Positions 63,476 to 64,000 of a DNA stretch of 64,000 nucleotides are shown piece after piece. The DNA is taken from the NCBI GenBank assembly GCA_030324005.1, contig JARDVH010000163.1, forward strand, positions 2,466,887 through 2,530,886, in the 5' to 3' direction. A program made the position numbers and the translations under genes. A model generated the notes under the pieces. The model was not told the DNA's origin, did not search any database, and was given only the letters and a program-made list of their open reading frames with translations. The DNA comes from Negaprion brevirostris (taxonomy: Eukaryota). Each line of letters begins with the position of its first letter. The stretch's first letter is position 1.

Positions 63476-64000
63476 AATATTTTCTGCATTCTGTCCAATG
63501 TGTCCAAGTCACTCCTGAAGTGTGGCTCCTAGAAGTGGACGTCATCATCTGTTAAAGTCTTTCTCGTGATTCTTGCAAATTCAACATTACCTGCTTGCTC
63601 TTGCAGTCAATATTATCATGAACTATTGCATTGCTGAAAGTCTGTCATTGTCTGCACTCATACAGAAAGTTATACATTATCTGCATGATGATAAGAGTAA
63701 CACATTTAGGTCTTATACAAACGGAACTGATTTTGATTTGTGCATGAGGTCAATCGAACATTAAATTTCATCCCTTGCAATTCGTGACTCTGCCATTTAG
63801 AAATCCAGAGAACATGGTCCCGTTGTTATTGGAGTTCTTGGACAACTCGATATAATTTTTGGCTATGAAAAGCAAGGTAGCAGTATATTCTCTATACAAA
63901 ACCGTAAGGTGCTGGTGACCCTCACAGTCAGTCACTATGTTGTTCCCGCAGTGTGGCAAAAAACGTTTCCCCCAAAAGTCATAAAAGTCCCTTTCATAAT

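Noticed and set aside
1-64000. Prokaryotic systems (CRISPR arrays, operons, defence islands)
   Set aside because: The sequence is vertebrate, with spliceosomal introns and no regularly spaced repeat-spacer array

Overview
Eukaryotic, repeat-dominated DNA from a cartilaginous fish (shark-like: HE1/V-SINEs, CR1 LINEs with an SGNH ORF1, Penelope-like, Gypsy and Harbinger-like relics), in a gappy scaffold with many 10-N and 100-N gaps. Gene content: (1) a complete 3-exon EEF1AKMT3/METTL21B-like lysine methyltransferase on + (16447-31344, 225 aa) with a GC-AG second intron and a DxxY->ExxY change; (2) the 5' part of an unrecognised secreted-protein gene on + (signal exon 48010-48040 joined to a 69-bp Pro/Thr/Glu-rich exon present in at least two tandem copies within three diverged repeat units); (3) two intact USP46 exons on - (59862-60091, 57207-57283) in a ~4-kb block wedged between duplicated flanks, probably a mis-join or a translocated fragment. 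The repeat units also carry a Penelope-type fold-back containing a minimal hammerhead-like motif with a U3:A8 core variant. All calls were made by eye, family comparisons are from memory, and repeat boundaries are approximate.
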